From assembly GCA_934630975.1 (NCBI GenBank), contig CAKTXH010000002.1:2507-66506 (forward strand): a DNA stretch of 64,000 nucleotides. The letters run 5' to 3'. The DNA is from an uncultured Clostridia bacterium. Lineage in GTDB: Bacteria; Bacillota; Clostridia; Christensenellales; Aristaeellaceae. Shown piece by piece: positions 37,746 through 46,697 of the stretch (position 1 is its first letter; every line of letters begins with the position of its first letter). Both the position numbers and the translations under genes were made by a program. The notes beneath the pieces are model-generated. The model was given only the letters and a program-made list of their open reading frames with translations, searched no databases and was not told the origin of the DNA.

Positions 37746-38801
37746 ATGGCTATTTCCAAGAAGCCTTTCGGCGTTACGCCGGATGGACATGAAGTCACGC
37801 AGTATACCCTGACCAATGCGCGCGGCGCATCCGTGAGCGTGATCAATTACGGCGCTATCCTCACCAACATCATCGTGCCGGATCGCAACGGCGTGTTGGA
37901 TGACGTCGCGCTGGGCTTTGACAATCTGGCGGGCTATCTCGCCGAACATGGCAGCATGGGCGACACCGTCGGCCGTTACGGCAACCGCATCGCGCAGGCG
38001 CATTTCGTCATCGACGGCGTGGCTTACCAACTCGACCGCAACAACGGCGAGAACCACCTCCACGGCGTTTTCAGCAAGCGGATGTGGGAAGCCGACCCGG
38101 TTGAAACCGCGAACGGCGATCTCCTCCGTCTGCACTACGTCAGCCCGGACGGCGAAGATCACTTCCCCGGCACGCTGGACGTTACCGTGACCTACGGCTG
38201 GGACGACGCCTGCAACCTCTCCATCCGTTATCAGGCGACGACCGACAAAGCGACCCATTGCAACATGACCAACCATACGTATTTCAACCTCGCGGGCTGC
38301 ACCAGCGGCTCTATCCGCGATCAGTTCCTCACCATCGACGCGGACGCTATCACGCCGGTCAGCGACAAGGCGCTCATTCCGACCGGCGGGTATATGCCCG
38401 TGGCAGGCACGCCGTTCGATATGCGCAGCGGTCTGCGGCTGGGCGACGGGCTGGACGCCGCAGGCGCCTGCCAGCAAATGACCTACGCGGGCGGTTACGA
38501 CCATAACTTTGTTCTGCGCAAGGGCGAAGCGATGGGTTTTGCCGCACGGCTGCACGATCCGAAGAGCGGCCGCGTGATGGAAACGCTGACCGATCAGCCC
38601 GGCGTGCAGGTTTATTCTGCCTGCGGAACCAACATTCCCGGCGGCAAGGGCGGCACGCATTACGGCAAATACTGCGCGGTCTGCCTCGAAACCCAGCATT
38701 TCCCGGATTCGCCGAATAACCCGCAGTTCATCGGCACGACGCTTCTGCGTCCCGGCGAAAAATACGACACGACGACGATCTACGCATTCCGCACGGAATA
38801 A
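37746..38801 (+). CDS. galM: Aldose 1-epimerase (galactose mutarotase)
   Basis: GRYGNRIA, NNGENHLHG and TNHTYFNL motifs of the mutarotase family. Confidence 0.9.
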   Translation: MAISKKPFGVTPDGHEVTQYTLTNARGASVSVINYGAILTNIIVPDRNGVLDDVALGFDNLAGYLAEHGSMGDTVGRYGNRIAQAHFVIDGVAYQLDRNNGENHLHGVFSKRMWEADPVETANGDLLRLHYVSPDGEDHFPGTLDVTVTYGWDDACNLSIRYQATTDKATHCNMTNHTYFNLAGCTSGSIRDQFLTIDADAITPVSDKALIPTGGYMPVAGTPFDMRSGLRLGDGLDAAGACQQMTYAGGYDHNFVLRKGEAMGFAARLHDPKSGRVMETLTDQPGVQVYSACGTNIPGGKGGTHYGKYCAVCLETQHFPDSPNNPQFIGTTLLRPGEKYDTTTIYAFRTE

Positions 38802-39015
38802 CTTTTTTCAAGCATGATAAACATCCACGCCTGTCCATTTGGGATAAAGATGCAATCCATAAATGCCTTTCCAAAGTTAAGAGCTGAGGTATCCATGCCG
38901 TAAAAGGTGTCTGAATACAAATTGAATAAAGAAAGGGTGGTCTTTTTGAAAATGAATCGTGTATGGAGGGTCCACGCTTTCTAACCCTCCAAATAAACAA
39001 ATTGGAGGAAATCAA

Positions 39016-39567
39016 ATGGAAAACCCAATCACCCTCCGTGAAGCAGTCACGGAAAACAACGTTGCCGGCTTTGTTGAGCATGGCAGCAATGAGCGGGATG
39101 AACCCGCGATGATCCCGCCCCCGGCAGAGGCTCTTCCCATAACCGTAGAAAAGCTCTCTGATCCCGACGACTGGCAGCTCAAGAAGCTGGAAAATGGATT
39201 CCTGAAGGAGATCGGCGAACCGCCTGCAACCGAGGAAAAGCAGAGACGGCTTGCCCAGTCAATCCGGGATGGGAAGATCGCTTTCTTTGTGGCAAAGCGC
39301 GGTTGTCAGGCTGTGGGGATGTGCAGCGTTGCAAAATGTTTCTCCACCTTCACTTGTGCCGACGCCGGTGTGTTCGATGATTTTTATATTGAACCTGCGT
39401 TCCGCAGAAAAGGCGTCGCCCGGATGCTGGCGCAAGCCGCGCAAAAATGGTGCGAAGAAAATGCCCTTGCCAGTCTGACTGTCACCTGTGCCCCCTGCGA
39501 CGAGGGCATGTATCAGGCGCTTGGCTTTGATACCGCTTTAGGCAAAACCTTTGCATATCTGCGTTAA
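39016..39567 (+). CDS. GNAT-family N-acetyltransferase
   Basis: Start trimmed to MENPITL behind GGAGGAAATCAA. Acetyl-CoA motif A in IEPAFRRKGVARMLAQAA. Confidence 0.8.
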   Translation: MENPITLREAVTENNVAGFVEHGSNERDEPAMIPPPAEALPITVEKLSDPDDWQLKKLENGFLKEIGEPPATEEKQRRLAQSIRDGKIAFFVAKRGCQAVGMCSVAKCFSTFTCADAGVFDDFYIEPAFRRKGVARMLAQAAQKWCEENALASLTVTCAPCDEGMYQALGFDTALGKTFAYLR

Positions 39568-39576
39568 ATCACAATG

Positions 39577-39612
39577 GGAGCTGTCAGGCTTAGTCTGACA
39601 GCTCCGTTTTTA
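39577..39612. terminator. Bidirectional intrinsic terminator between the GNAT and methyltransferase genes
   Basis: GGAGCTGTCAG (39577-39587) pairs with CTGACAGCTCC (39595-39605), then GTTTTTA. Confidence 0.75.
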
Positions 39613-40326
39613 TCGTTTTTTCAAAACGATTTTGATAAAGTTCAAATACTTTCCCGCGCCCGCCTCCATCGCTTTCCGATCTCCGACGGCGTATTCATTT
39701 TCCTGCTTCAGCCAGTCCGCCCAGACTTCCTCATTCGATTCCATCTCGGTGACCTCGACGGTTTCGAAGCCGCGGCTTTGCCCCGCCATATCCGCCCAGT
39801 AATGCACATCATGCATGTAATCCATCTGTTCCGGCGTCCATGAAAGCAGCAGTTCAGGCGGCAGTTGGTCGTGACAGTCCTTTTTCATGCCGGGAATCGC
39901 GATATACACCCATCCGCCGGGCTTTACAAACGGCAGAAGCTTTTCATCCAGAAATTTCGGATCCCGGCCAAAGTAATTATACGAATCCGTGCTGATCACC
40001 GCGTCGAAGAAGTTTCTTTCAAACGGAAGCGCCTGCGCTTCCGCCTTCACCGGGATGATCTGTTCATCCGAAAGCCCCATTTGCCGGAAAAACGCGCGGT
40101 TTTCTTCGGGATCGCTCCACAAATCCGCCGCATAAACCGTGAAGCCGTATTCCTTCGCCAGAAAAACGGAGGTCAGCCCCTGCCCGCTGCCCAAATCGCA
40201 GACGGTGGCCCTTGCCGGGATTCGATGGTCTTGCATCAGCTCTTCCTCAAGCTTCACGGGATTCGGCCCCATCATTTTGGCGTTCAATTCCGGCGTATCA
40301 TACTTCGCGCTTTTGATATATTCCAT
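39610..40326 (-). CDS. Class I SAM-dependent methyltransferase
   Basis: Motif I VCDLGSGQGLTSVFLA and post-I acidic YAADLW. Confidence 0.85.
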   Translation of the reverse strand: MEYIKSAKYDTPELNAKMMGPNPVKLEEELMQDHRIPARATVCDLGSGQGLTSVFLAKEYGFTVYAADLWSDPEENRAFFRQMGLSDEQIIPVKAEAQALPFERNFFDAVISTDSYNYFGRDPKFLDEKLLPFVKPGGWVYIAIPGMKKDCHDQLPPELLLSWTPEQMDYMHDVHYWADMAGQSRGFETVEVTEMESNEEVWADWLKQENEYAVGDRKAMEAGAGKYLNFIKIVLKKR

Positions 40327-40328
40327 GT

Positions 40329-40928
40329 TTATTCCCTCTTTTCAATTCGTTTCAGCCAGTTGTCGTAAAAAACATCCACGTCCTGCACAATGGCCCGTTT
40401 GTTTTCCGCGCCGTCGTAAACGGCGAGCATCGCCAGCAGCGGCGCATAAAAAGCGATCGCTTCTCCCCGCGCATCGGCAAAGCCCATCGCCTCCAGCAAA
40501 TCGCGCACATAGCCGAGCGGCCCGCCCGCCAGATACTGCTGATAGAGCGCCGCCATTTCTTCGCTGCGATACTGCTCAACGGTCAGCATCTTTCGAAACG
40601 GCGCGGCGAAGTCATCCTCCGCCCAATAGCGAAACTGCGCCTTGGCAAATGCGCACAGCGCCCGAGGCGTGGTAAGCTCATAGTCCTGCGGCATATCCTG
40701 CGCCGTTCCTTCCGGCACATCAAAATCGCGGGCGCGCTGCGCGTCCATCCGTTCCATTTCTTCAAGAATACTTTCAAAAATAGCCTGTTTATTGGCGTAA
40801 TGGCGATACAGTGCGCCCTTTGTCAGCCCCAATTCACCGGCGATTTGGCTGACAGAAACGGCCTCATAGCCATTCTTGGCAAACAAGCGGAGCGAAACCA
40901 GCAAAATATTCTCCCGGGTATCCTTCAT
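40329..40928 (-). CDS. TetR/AcrR-family transcriptional regulator
   Basis: Start trimmed to MKDTRENILLVSLRLFAKNGYEAVSVSQIAGELGLTKGALYRHY (TetR HTH). RBS GGAGG. Lies 2 nt upstream of the methyltransferase gene. Confidence 0.85.
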   Translation of the reverse strand: MKDTRENILLVSLRLFAKNGYEAVSVSQIAGELGLTKGALYRHYANKQAIFESILEEMERMDAQRARDFDVPEGTAQDMPQDYELTTPRALCAFAKAQFRYWAEDDFAAPFRKMLTVEQYRSEEMAALYQQYLAGGPLGYVRDLLEAMGFADARGEAIAFYAPLLAMLAVYDGAENKRAIVQDVDVFYDNWLKRIEKRE

Positions 40929-40949
40929 GTACGTCCTCCACACAAAAAT

Positions 40950-40996
40950 AAACGATCGTTCACATTCATTATAGTAAACGACCGTTCACATGTCAA
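40950..40996 (-). promoter_or_regulatory. Consensus promoter with two tandem 15-bp operator-like repeats (probable TetR autoregulation)
   Basis: Minus strand reads TTGACA (40991-40996), 17 nt, TATAAT (40968-40973). AAACGATCGTTCACA (40950-40964) and AAACGACCGTTCACA (40976-40990) each hold an AACGnnCGTT palindrome. One fills the spacer and the other covers the predicted transcription start. Confidence 0.65.
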
Positions 40997-41005
40997 GCCT
41001 TTTTG

Positions 41006-41042
41006 AAAAAGAAAGGCAGCCCCGCATCTCTGCGGAACTGCC
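41006..41042 (-). terminator. Intrinsic terminator after the Lys-rich protein gene
   Basis: GGCAGCCCCGC (41015-41025) pairs with GCGGAACTGCC (41032-41042). TTTCTTTTT on the minus strand. Confidence 0.65.
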
Positions 41043-41057
41043 ATCGTTATGGAAATA

Positions 41058-41519
41058 TTACGCGTTCAGCCCAGCCAGAACCTCATCCACGCTCTTGCCG
41101 CTCTGTTCGATAGCGGCCATCAGCGCATTGAGCTTCTTTTTTTCAGCCTTTTTCACTTCGCGGGCCTTCGCCAGCGCCGCCTTGCGCTTTTCGGCGCGCT
41201 CTTCCGGCGACAGTTTCTCAACCGGCGCTTTTTTCGGGCGATTCATCACGCTGACGATCTTTTCCCTCTTGGCCTGCGCCTTGAGCAGCGCTTCTTCGCT
41301 GCGCGCCAGCGCCGTCTTGCGCTCGGCAAGCTTCTCCTCCGTCTTGGCGACGAGCGCAACGCGCTCTTCGTTCAGCTTCGTCAGGCGCTCGATATCCTGA
41401 TTCACAGCGGCAAGACGCTCTTCATGCGTCGGGTACGGCTTACGCGCTTTCTTTTCGGTTTTCACAGCGGCTTTCGCCGGCTTTTTGGCCTTCCCGGAGC
41501 CTTTTACTCCACGCGGCAT
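41058..41519 (-). CDS. Lysine/alanine/glutamate-rich coiled-coil protein (hypothetical)
   Basis: Start at MPRGVKGSGKAKKPAK (AAGGAG 8 nt upstream). Highly basic low-complexity N-terminus and heptad-like KLNEERVALVAKTEEKLAERK. No motif recognised. Confidence 0.5.
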   Translation of the reverse strand: MPRGVKGSGKAKKPAKAAVKTEKKARKPYPTHEERLAAVNQDIERLTKLNEERVALVAKTEEKLAERKTALARSEEALLKAQAKREKIVSVMNRPKKAPVEKLSPEERAEKRKAALAKAREVKKAEKKKLNALMAAIEQSGKSVDEVLAGLNA

Positions 41520-41660
41520 GGTCATCTCTCCTTTAGTTGTGATATGGAACGTATTTGTTTCTGTCTTTATTATACACATCATAAAGCAAAAAACAATAGA
41601 TGAATCCTATTTTCATATCATTCCGCGTGACTTTTTTTGAAAAAACATGGGCACATCCGT

Positions 41661-42098
41661 TTATGCGCCCTGTTCTTCCTTCTTGAGCGCTTCATCCAGC
41701 GTGTGCCAGCCGAGCACAGCGCACTTCACGCGCGCGGGCATATGCGCCACGTCGCGCAGCGCGGAAGCCTCCTCCAGCTCGTCGATCTCCTCGTCCGTCG
41801 CCTCGCCCTTGATCATCCGCAGGAAGAGATCGCCCAGCTTGCGCGCCTCGTCCTCCTTCCGGCCGATGATCATGCCGAGCATGATATCCGCCGAGGCCTG
41901 CGAAATTGCGCAGCCGTCGCCGACGAACGCGCCGTCCTCAATCACGCCGTCCTTCACCTTGAGCTTGAGCCAGATATGGTCGCCGCAGCTCGGGTTTACG
42001 CCCTCCATCGTGATGTTCGCGTCGGGCAGATCGTGCTTGAATTCGGGGCGCAGGTTGTGCTCCGTCAGAATTTCGTTGTAAAAGCTTCTACGCTCCAT
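41661..42098 (-). CDS. sufU: SUF-type Fe-S scaffold/sulfur-transfer protein SufU
   Basis: NPSCGD, GDGCAIS and RVKCA conserved cysteine motifs. Confidence 0.9.
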   Translation of the reverse strand: MERRSFYNEILTEHNLRPEFKHDLPDANITMEGVNPSCGDHIWLKLKVKDGVIEDGAFVGDGCAISQASADIMLGMIIGRKEDEARKLGDLFLRMIKGEATDEEIDELEEASALRDVAHMPARVKCAVLGWHTLDEALKKEEQGA

Positions 42099-43311
42099 AG
42101 CCCATTTTCCTCCTCACGTCGGCGATGGACGCAACCAGCGCGTCCGCCTCCTCCGGCGTATTATAAAACATGAAGCTCGCGCGCGTCGTCGCGGGCAGGC
42201 CCAGATGCATAATCAGCGGCTGGGCGCAGTGATGGCCCGCGCGCACCGCGATGCCGTCCGCCGCCAGAATCTCGCTCACGTCGTGCGGGTGCACTCCGTC
42301 GATGACAAAGGAGACAATGCCCGTGTGGTTTTCGGGGTCGGCGCTGCCCAGCACGCGGACATGATCCACGCGCTTCAGCCCGTCCATCACGCGGCGAACC
42401 AGCAGATTCTCCTGCTTCTGCATCGCGTCAAAGCCGATTTTCTGGATGTACTCGATGGCCGCGGCCAACCCGACCGCACCCGCCGCGTTGACCGTGCCCG
42501 CCTCAAACTTGTGCGGCAGTTCGGCAAAGACCGCGCCCTCGCGCGTGACGGATTCGATCATCTCGCCGCCGGTCAGGAACGGCGGCATCTTGTCCAGCAG
42601 GTCTTCTTTGCCGTAGAGCACGCCGATACCCATCGGCCCCATCAGCTTGTGGCCGGAAAACGCGACAAAATCCGCATCCAGCGCCTGCACATCCAGCGGC
42701 ATGTGGGGCGCGCTCTGCGCCGCATCCAGCACGGCAGCCGCGCCGACGGCATGCGCCCGGTCGATGATCTTCTTCACCGGGTTGACGCAGCCGAGCACGT
42801 TGGAAACGTGGCCGATGGCGACCAGCTTCGTCTTTTCGCCGATAGTCTGCTCAATCGTTTCGTCGGTCAGCGTGCCGTCCGGCTCGCAATCCATATAGCG
42901 CAGGATCGCGCCGGTCTGGCTGGCGACCATCTGCCACGGAAGCATGTTGCTGTGGTGCTCCATGATGGAAACGACGATTTCGTCGCCCGCCTTCACGTGA
43001 TGCAGCGCATAGCTGTATGCCACGAGGTTCAGGCTCTCCGTCGTGTTGCGCGTGAAGATGACGCAGCGCTCGCTCGGCGCATGGATGAACCGCTGCACCG
43101 TCTTGCGCGCATCCTCGTACATGGCCGTCGCCTTGAGACTCAGCGGATAAAAGCCGCGCAGCGGGTTCGCGTTGGCCTGCTCGTAAAACGCCTTGACCGC
43201 CTCGATCACGCAGGCCGGGCGCTGCGCCGTCGCCGCGTTATCCAGATACATCACCGGGTCGCTTTGCAGCAGCGGAAAGTCCCTGCGCCACGGGTTAATC
43301 GTCTTGTCCAT
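42088..43311 (-). CDS. sufS: Cysteine desulfurase SufS
   Basis: YLDNAATAQRP, SGHKLMGPMGIGVLYG (PLP Lys) and RAGHHCAQP (catalytic Cys). Confidence 0.9.
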   Translation of the reverse strand: MDKTINPWRRDFPLLQSDPVMYLDNAATAQRPACVIEAVKAFYEQANANPLRGFYPLSLKATAMYEDARKTVQRFIHAPSERCVIFTRNTTESLNLVAYSYALHHVKAGDEIVVSIMEHHSNMLPWQMVASQTGAILRYMDCEPDGTLTDETIEQTIGEKTKLVAIGHVSNVLGCVNPVKKIIDRAHAVGAAAVLDAAQSAPHMPLDVQALDADFVAFSGHKLMGPMGIGVLYGKEDLLDKMPPFLTGGEMIESVTREGAVFAELPHKFEAGTVNAAGAVGLAAAIEYIQKIGFDAMQKQENLLVRRVMDGLKRVDHVRVLGSADPENHTGIVSFVIDGVHPHDVSEILAADGIAVRAGHHCAQPLIMHLGLPATTRASFMFYNTPEEADALVASIADVRRKMGYGA

Positions 43312-44347
43312 CGTTCATCACCGTTTTCAGCAGATTCTCGGTTTCCTCGCGGGATTGCGCATCCGGGATGCGGCGGCAGATTCTTTCCAGCTTGGCGCGC
43401 GTCATCACGCGCTCGGCCGTCTTTTCATCCATGCCGCGGGAAGCGAAGTAGAACAGCGTATCGTCGTCCAGTGCGCCGATGGTCGCGCCGTGGTTGCCCT
43501 CGACGTTCTCCTCCGCGCAGAGAATCAGCGGGATTGTCTTGTTCACCACGTCGTCGCCCAGCAGCAGAACCTGCTCCGTCTCCTGCCCCTTCGAGCCGGA
43601 AGAGCCGTTTTTGAAATCAATCGTGCCGCGGAAAATCTTCTGCGCGCGGTCGTTCAGGCTGCCGTCCGCCTCGATGACGCTATTCGTCTTTTTGCCGATG
43701 TGGTTGACGATCAGGTTGATATCCACCTTTTGATCCTCGGCGGCCAGATAGCCCATCGTGCTTTCAAACTTCGAACCGTCGCCGATCAGATCGACGCGCG
43801 CGCCGTCCACCGCGATATGCTCGCCGACAATCAGCTGCACCAGTTCGATGGAGGCGTTCTCCTCGCACAGGCCGCCGACGTCGTTGATCAGCGTGTGCCC
43901 CGCGCCCTCAAAGAGGAGCTGGACGAGGCAGATTTTCGCGTTTTTTTTCGCGTACAGCTTGGTTTGCAGCGCCGTCGCGCCGTCGCCCGTCGGCACAATC
44001 TGCTCGACGACGGTTACGCTCTGCCCTTCTTCGGCCTGCACACGCACCGCGCCGCCGGATTGCTGCGCGCCTTCCGCCGCCGCCACACGCAGGCGGATCG
44101 GCTCGCTCTGCGCGCCCGCGATGGTCGTCACAGGCAGGTTCGCCATTGCGCTTTCAAGCTGCTCGCCCGCGCCGGTGCGAATCGCGGCGAACCGTTGCTC
44201 GTCCGCTTCGCCGGGCTGCACGTTTTCCGCCAGCATCACGCAGGGCTTGGTTTCCTCCTGCCAGCGGATATGCGTTTCATTGAGTTTCAGCCAGTACCAC
44301 GTCTTGCTCGGCAGCCGGTTGATGGCCATGAATTCCTGTTCATTCAT
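43295..44347 (-). CDS. sufD: Fe-S cluster assembly protein SufD
   Basis: SufB/D beta-helix C-terminus (AEENVEGNHGATIGALDDDTLFYFASRGMDEKTAE). Operon position. Confidence 0.85.
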   Translation of the reverse strand: MNEQEFMAINRLPSKTWYWLKLNETHIRWQEETKPCVMLAENVQPGEADEQRFAAIRTGAGEQLESAMANLPVTTIAGAQSEPIRLRVAAAEGAQQSGGAVRVQAEEGQSVTVVEQIVPTGDGATALQTKLYAKKNAKICLVQLLFEGAGHTLINDVGGLCEENASIELVQLIVGEHIAVDGARVDLIGDGSKFESTMGYLAAEDQKVDINLIVNHIGKKTNSVIEADGSLNDRAQKIFRGTIDFKNGSSGSKGQETEQVLLLGDDVVNKTIPLILCAEENVEGNHGATIGALDDDTLFYFASRGMDEKTAERVMTRAKLERICRRIPDAQSREETENLLKTVMNDGQDD

Positions 44348-44361
44348 CTTCTGTCCCCTCC

Positions 44362-45771
44362 TCAGCCGATGCTGCCCTTCATCTCAAGGCGAATCAGGTT
44401 GTTCATTTCCACGGCGTATTCAAGCGGCAGTTCCTTGGAAACATTATCCGCAAAACCGCTGACGATATACGCGCGCGCATCCTCTTCGCTCATGCCGCGG
44501 CTCATCAGGTAGAACACGGCCTCGTCGCTGATGGAGCCGATCTGCGCTTCGTGGCCGACGTTCGCGTCCTTCGTGCGGATATCCATCGCCGGGATGGTGT
44601 CCGAGCGGGAGACGGAATCCAGCATCAGGGACTGGCAGGACACGGAGGACTTGGCGTTCTTCGCGTTTTTGCCCACCACCACGCTGGAGCGGAACGTGCT
44701 GATGCCTCCGTCCTTGGAAATGGAGCGGGTGTTGATATAGGAACTGGTATCGGGCGCGTTATGCACAACCTTCGCGCCGGTATCGAGGTTCTGCCCCTTG
44801 CCCGCGAAGGTGATACCCGTGAACTCCATGCGCGAGCCGCGCCCGTTCAAAATGCTCATCGGGTACAGATAGGAAACATGCGAACCGAACGAGCCGGAAA
44901 CCCACTCGATCACGCCGCCCTCATCGACCGTCGCGCGCTTGGTGTTGAGGTTATACATGTTCTTCGACCAGTTTTCGATGGTCGAATAGCGCAGCCGCGC
45001 GTTCTTGCCGACAAACAGCTCTACGCAGCCCGCATGCAGGTTTGCAACATTATATTTCGGAGCGGAGCAGCCCTCGATGAAGTGCAGATCCGCGCCCTCG
45101 TCCACGATGATCAACGTATGCTCAAACTGACCCGCGCCCGGCGCGTTGAGGCGGAAATAGCTTTGCAGCGGGATTTCCACCTTCACGCCCTTGGGCACAT
45201 ACACAAACGAGCCGCCCGACCAGACCGCGCCGTGCAGCGCGGCAAACTTGTGATCCGTGGGCTTGACCAGCTTCATGAAATGCTTGCGCACCATGTCGGC
45301 ATACGGGCCGGTCAGCGCGCTTTCCATATCGGTATAAACGACGCCCTGCGCGGCGACTTCCTCGCGCACGTTGTGGTAAACCAGCTCGGAGTCGTACTGC
45401 GCGCCGACGCCTGCCAGCGATTTGCGTTCCGCCTGCGGGATGCCCAGCCGCTCAAACGTATTCTTGATATCTTCCGGCACGTCGCTCCACTTGGCCTTCA
45501 TGCCGGTGTTCGGGCGGACATAGGTGACGATGTTATCCATGTTCAGCCCTTCGATGGAAGGGCCCCAGTCCGGCACGCGCATATTCTGATAGATTTGCAG
45601 CGATTGCAGGCGGAAAAGCTGCATCCACGCGGGATCATGCTTTTCTTTTGAAATCTGCTGAACGATTTCCGGGGTCAGGCCCGCGCTGAGCTTGAACGCG
45701 TCCTTTTCGTCGTCCCTGAAATCGTAGATGCTGCGATCAACGTCCTCGACGTAGGTTTTTTCTTCGTTCAT
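44362..45771 (-). CDS. sufB: Fe-S cluster assembly protein SufB
   Basis: Start trimmed to MNEEKTYVEDV. Highly conserved SufB motifs (GAQYDSELVYHN, HEAQIGSISDEAVFYLMSRGMSEEDA). Confidence 0.95.
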   Translation of the reverse strand: MNEEKTYVEDVDRSIYDFRDDEKDAFKLSAGLTPEIVQQISKEKHDPAWMQLFRLQSLQIYQNMRVPDWGPSIEGLNMDNIVTYVRPNTGMKAKWSDVPEDIKNTFERLGIPQAERKSLAGVGAQYDSELVYHNVREEVAAQGVVYTDMESALTGPYADMVRKHFMKLVKPTDHKFAALHGAVWSGGSFVYVPKGVKVEIPLQSYFRLNAPGAGQFEHTLIIVDEGADLHFIEGCSAPKYNVANLHAGCVELFVGKNARLRYSTIENWSKNMYNLNTKRATVDEGGVIEWVSGSFGSHVSYLYPMSILNGRGSRMEFTGITFAGKGQNLDTGAKVVHNAPDTSSYINTRSISKDGGISTFRSSVVVGKNAKNAKSSVSCQSLMLDSVSRSDTIPAMDIRTKDANVGHEAQIGSISDEAVFYLMSRGMSEEDARAYIVSGFADNVSKELPLEYAVEMNNLIRLEMKGSIG

Positions 45772-45787
45772 GGGTCTTTCCCTCTTC

Positions 45788-46534
45788 TCAGCGCTGCTCG
45801 TATTCGGCAAAGCCGCTCTCGTTGATTTCCTCCACCAGCGACGCGTCGCCGTTCTTGATGATGCTGCCCTCCACCATCACGTGGGTCGCATCCACATGCA
45901 GCGATTCGAGAATCTTGGTGCTGTGGGTGATGATCAGCAGGCTGCCCTTGCAATCCTCCTGATATTTGCGGATGCCGGCGGAAACCGTGCGCACCGCGTC
46001 CACGTCCAGGCCGCTGTCCGTCTCATCCAGAATGGCCAGCGCGGGCTTGAGCATCAGCAGCTGAAGGATTTCCGCCTTCTTCTTTTCGCCGCCGGAGAAG
46101 CCGACGTTCAGGTCGCGCTCCGCGTAAGAAGGATCCATATCCAGCAGCTCCATCGCGCGCTCCAGCTCCTTTTTGAAGCTCCACAGGCGCAGGCGGCTGC
46201 CAGTTTGCAGTTCCACCGCGTTGCGGATGAACGCGCCCAGCGTCACGCCCGGCACCTCCAGCGGCGCCTGGAAGGAAAGGAACATGCCCATCTTCGCGCG
46301 CTCGTTGGCGGCGGCATGGGTGATATCCTGCCCCTTGAACAGAATCTGCCCTTCGGTCACATGGTAGCGCGGGCTGCCCATCAGCGTGTAGCCCAGCGTG
46401 GATTTGCCCGTGCCGTTCGGCCCCATGAGCACATGGGTCTCGCCCGTGCCGATTTCCAGATTGACGCGATCCAGAATCGGCTTATCTTCAACGCTTACGC
46501 TCAGCCCTTTTACGGCCAGAAGCTCTTTTTCCAT
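45788..46534 (-). CDS. sufC: Fe-S cluster assembly ATPase SufC
   Basis: Start trimmed to MEKELLAVKGLSV. Walker A GPNGTGKST, signature FSGGEKKK, Walker B ILDETDSGLD. Confidence 0.95.
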   Translation of the reverse strand: MEKELLAVKGLSVSVEDKPILDRVNLEIGTGETHVLMGPNGTGKSTLGYTLMGSPRYHVTEGQILFKGQDITHAAANERAKMGMFLSFQAPLEVPGVTLGAFIRNAVELQTGSRLRLWSFKKELERAMELLDMDPSYAERDLNVGFSGGEKKKAEILQLLMLKPALAILDETDSGLDVDAVRTVSAGIRKYQEDCKGSLLIITHSTKILESLHVDATHVMVEGSIIKNGDASLVEEINESGFAEYEQR

Positions 46535-46649
46535 TGCATGACACCCCTTCATACTGTAAAACCCCGCAATTCCCAGCGGGATATTAGGATATAAAGCCGA
46601 ATTGACGGGGCGGAAAGCAAAGTTTGCCCCGCCCCTCTCGAACAGCCGA

Positions 46650-46678
46650 ATTATACGCCTATCCGCTTTTTCTGTCAA
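46650..46678 (-). promoter_or_regulatory. Consensus sigma-A promoter for sufCBDSU
   Basis: Minus strand reads TTGACA (46673-46678), 17 nt, TATAAT (46650-46655). This leaves a leader of about 110 nt. Confidence 0.6.
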
Positions 46679-46697
46679 GGCCTGTTTTTTCGCGCGG

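Noticed and set aside
36129-41000. Intact integrative mobile element or prophage at tRNA-Leu
   Set aside because: No integrase, excisionase, transposase, or phage or conjugation genes occur in the window. I saw no third copy of the 19-nt att-like core further downstream. Only a remnant or islet can be claimed.
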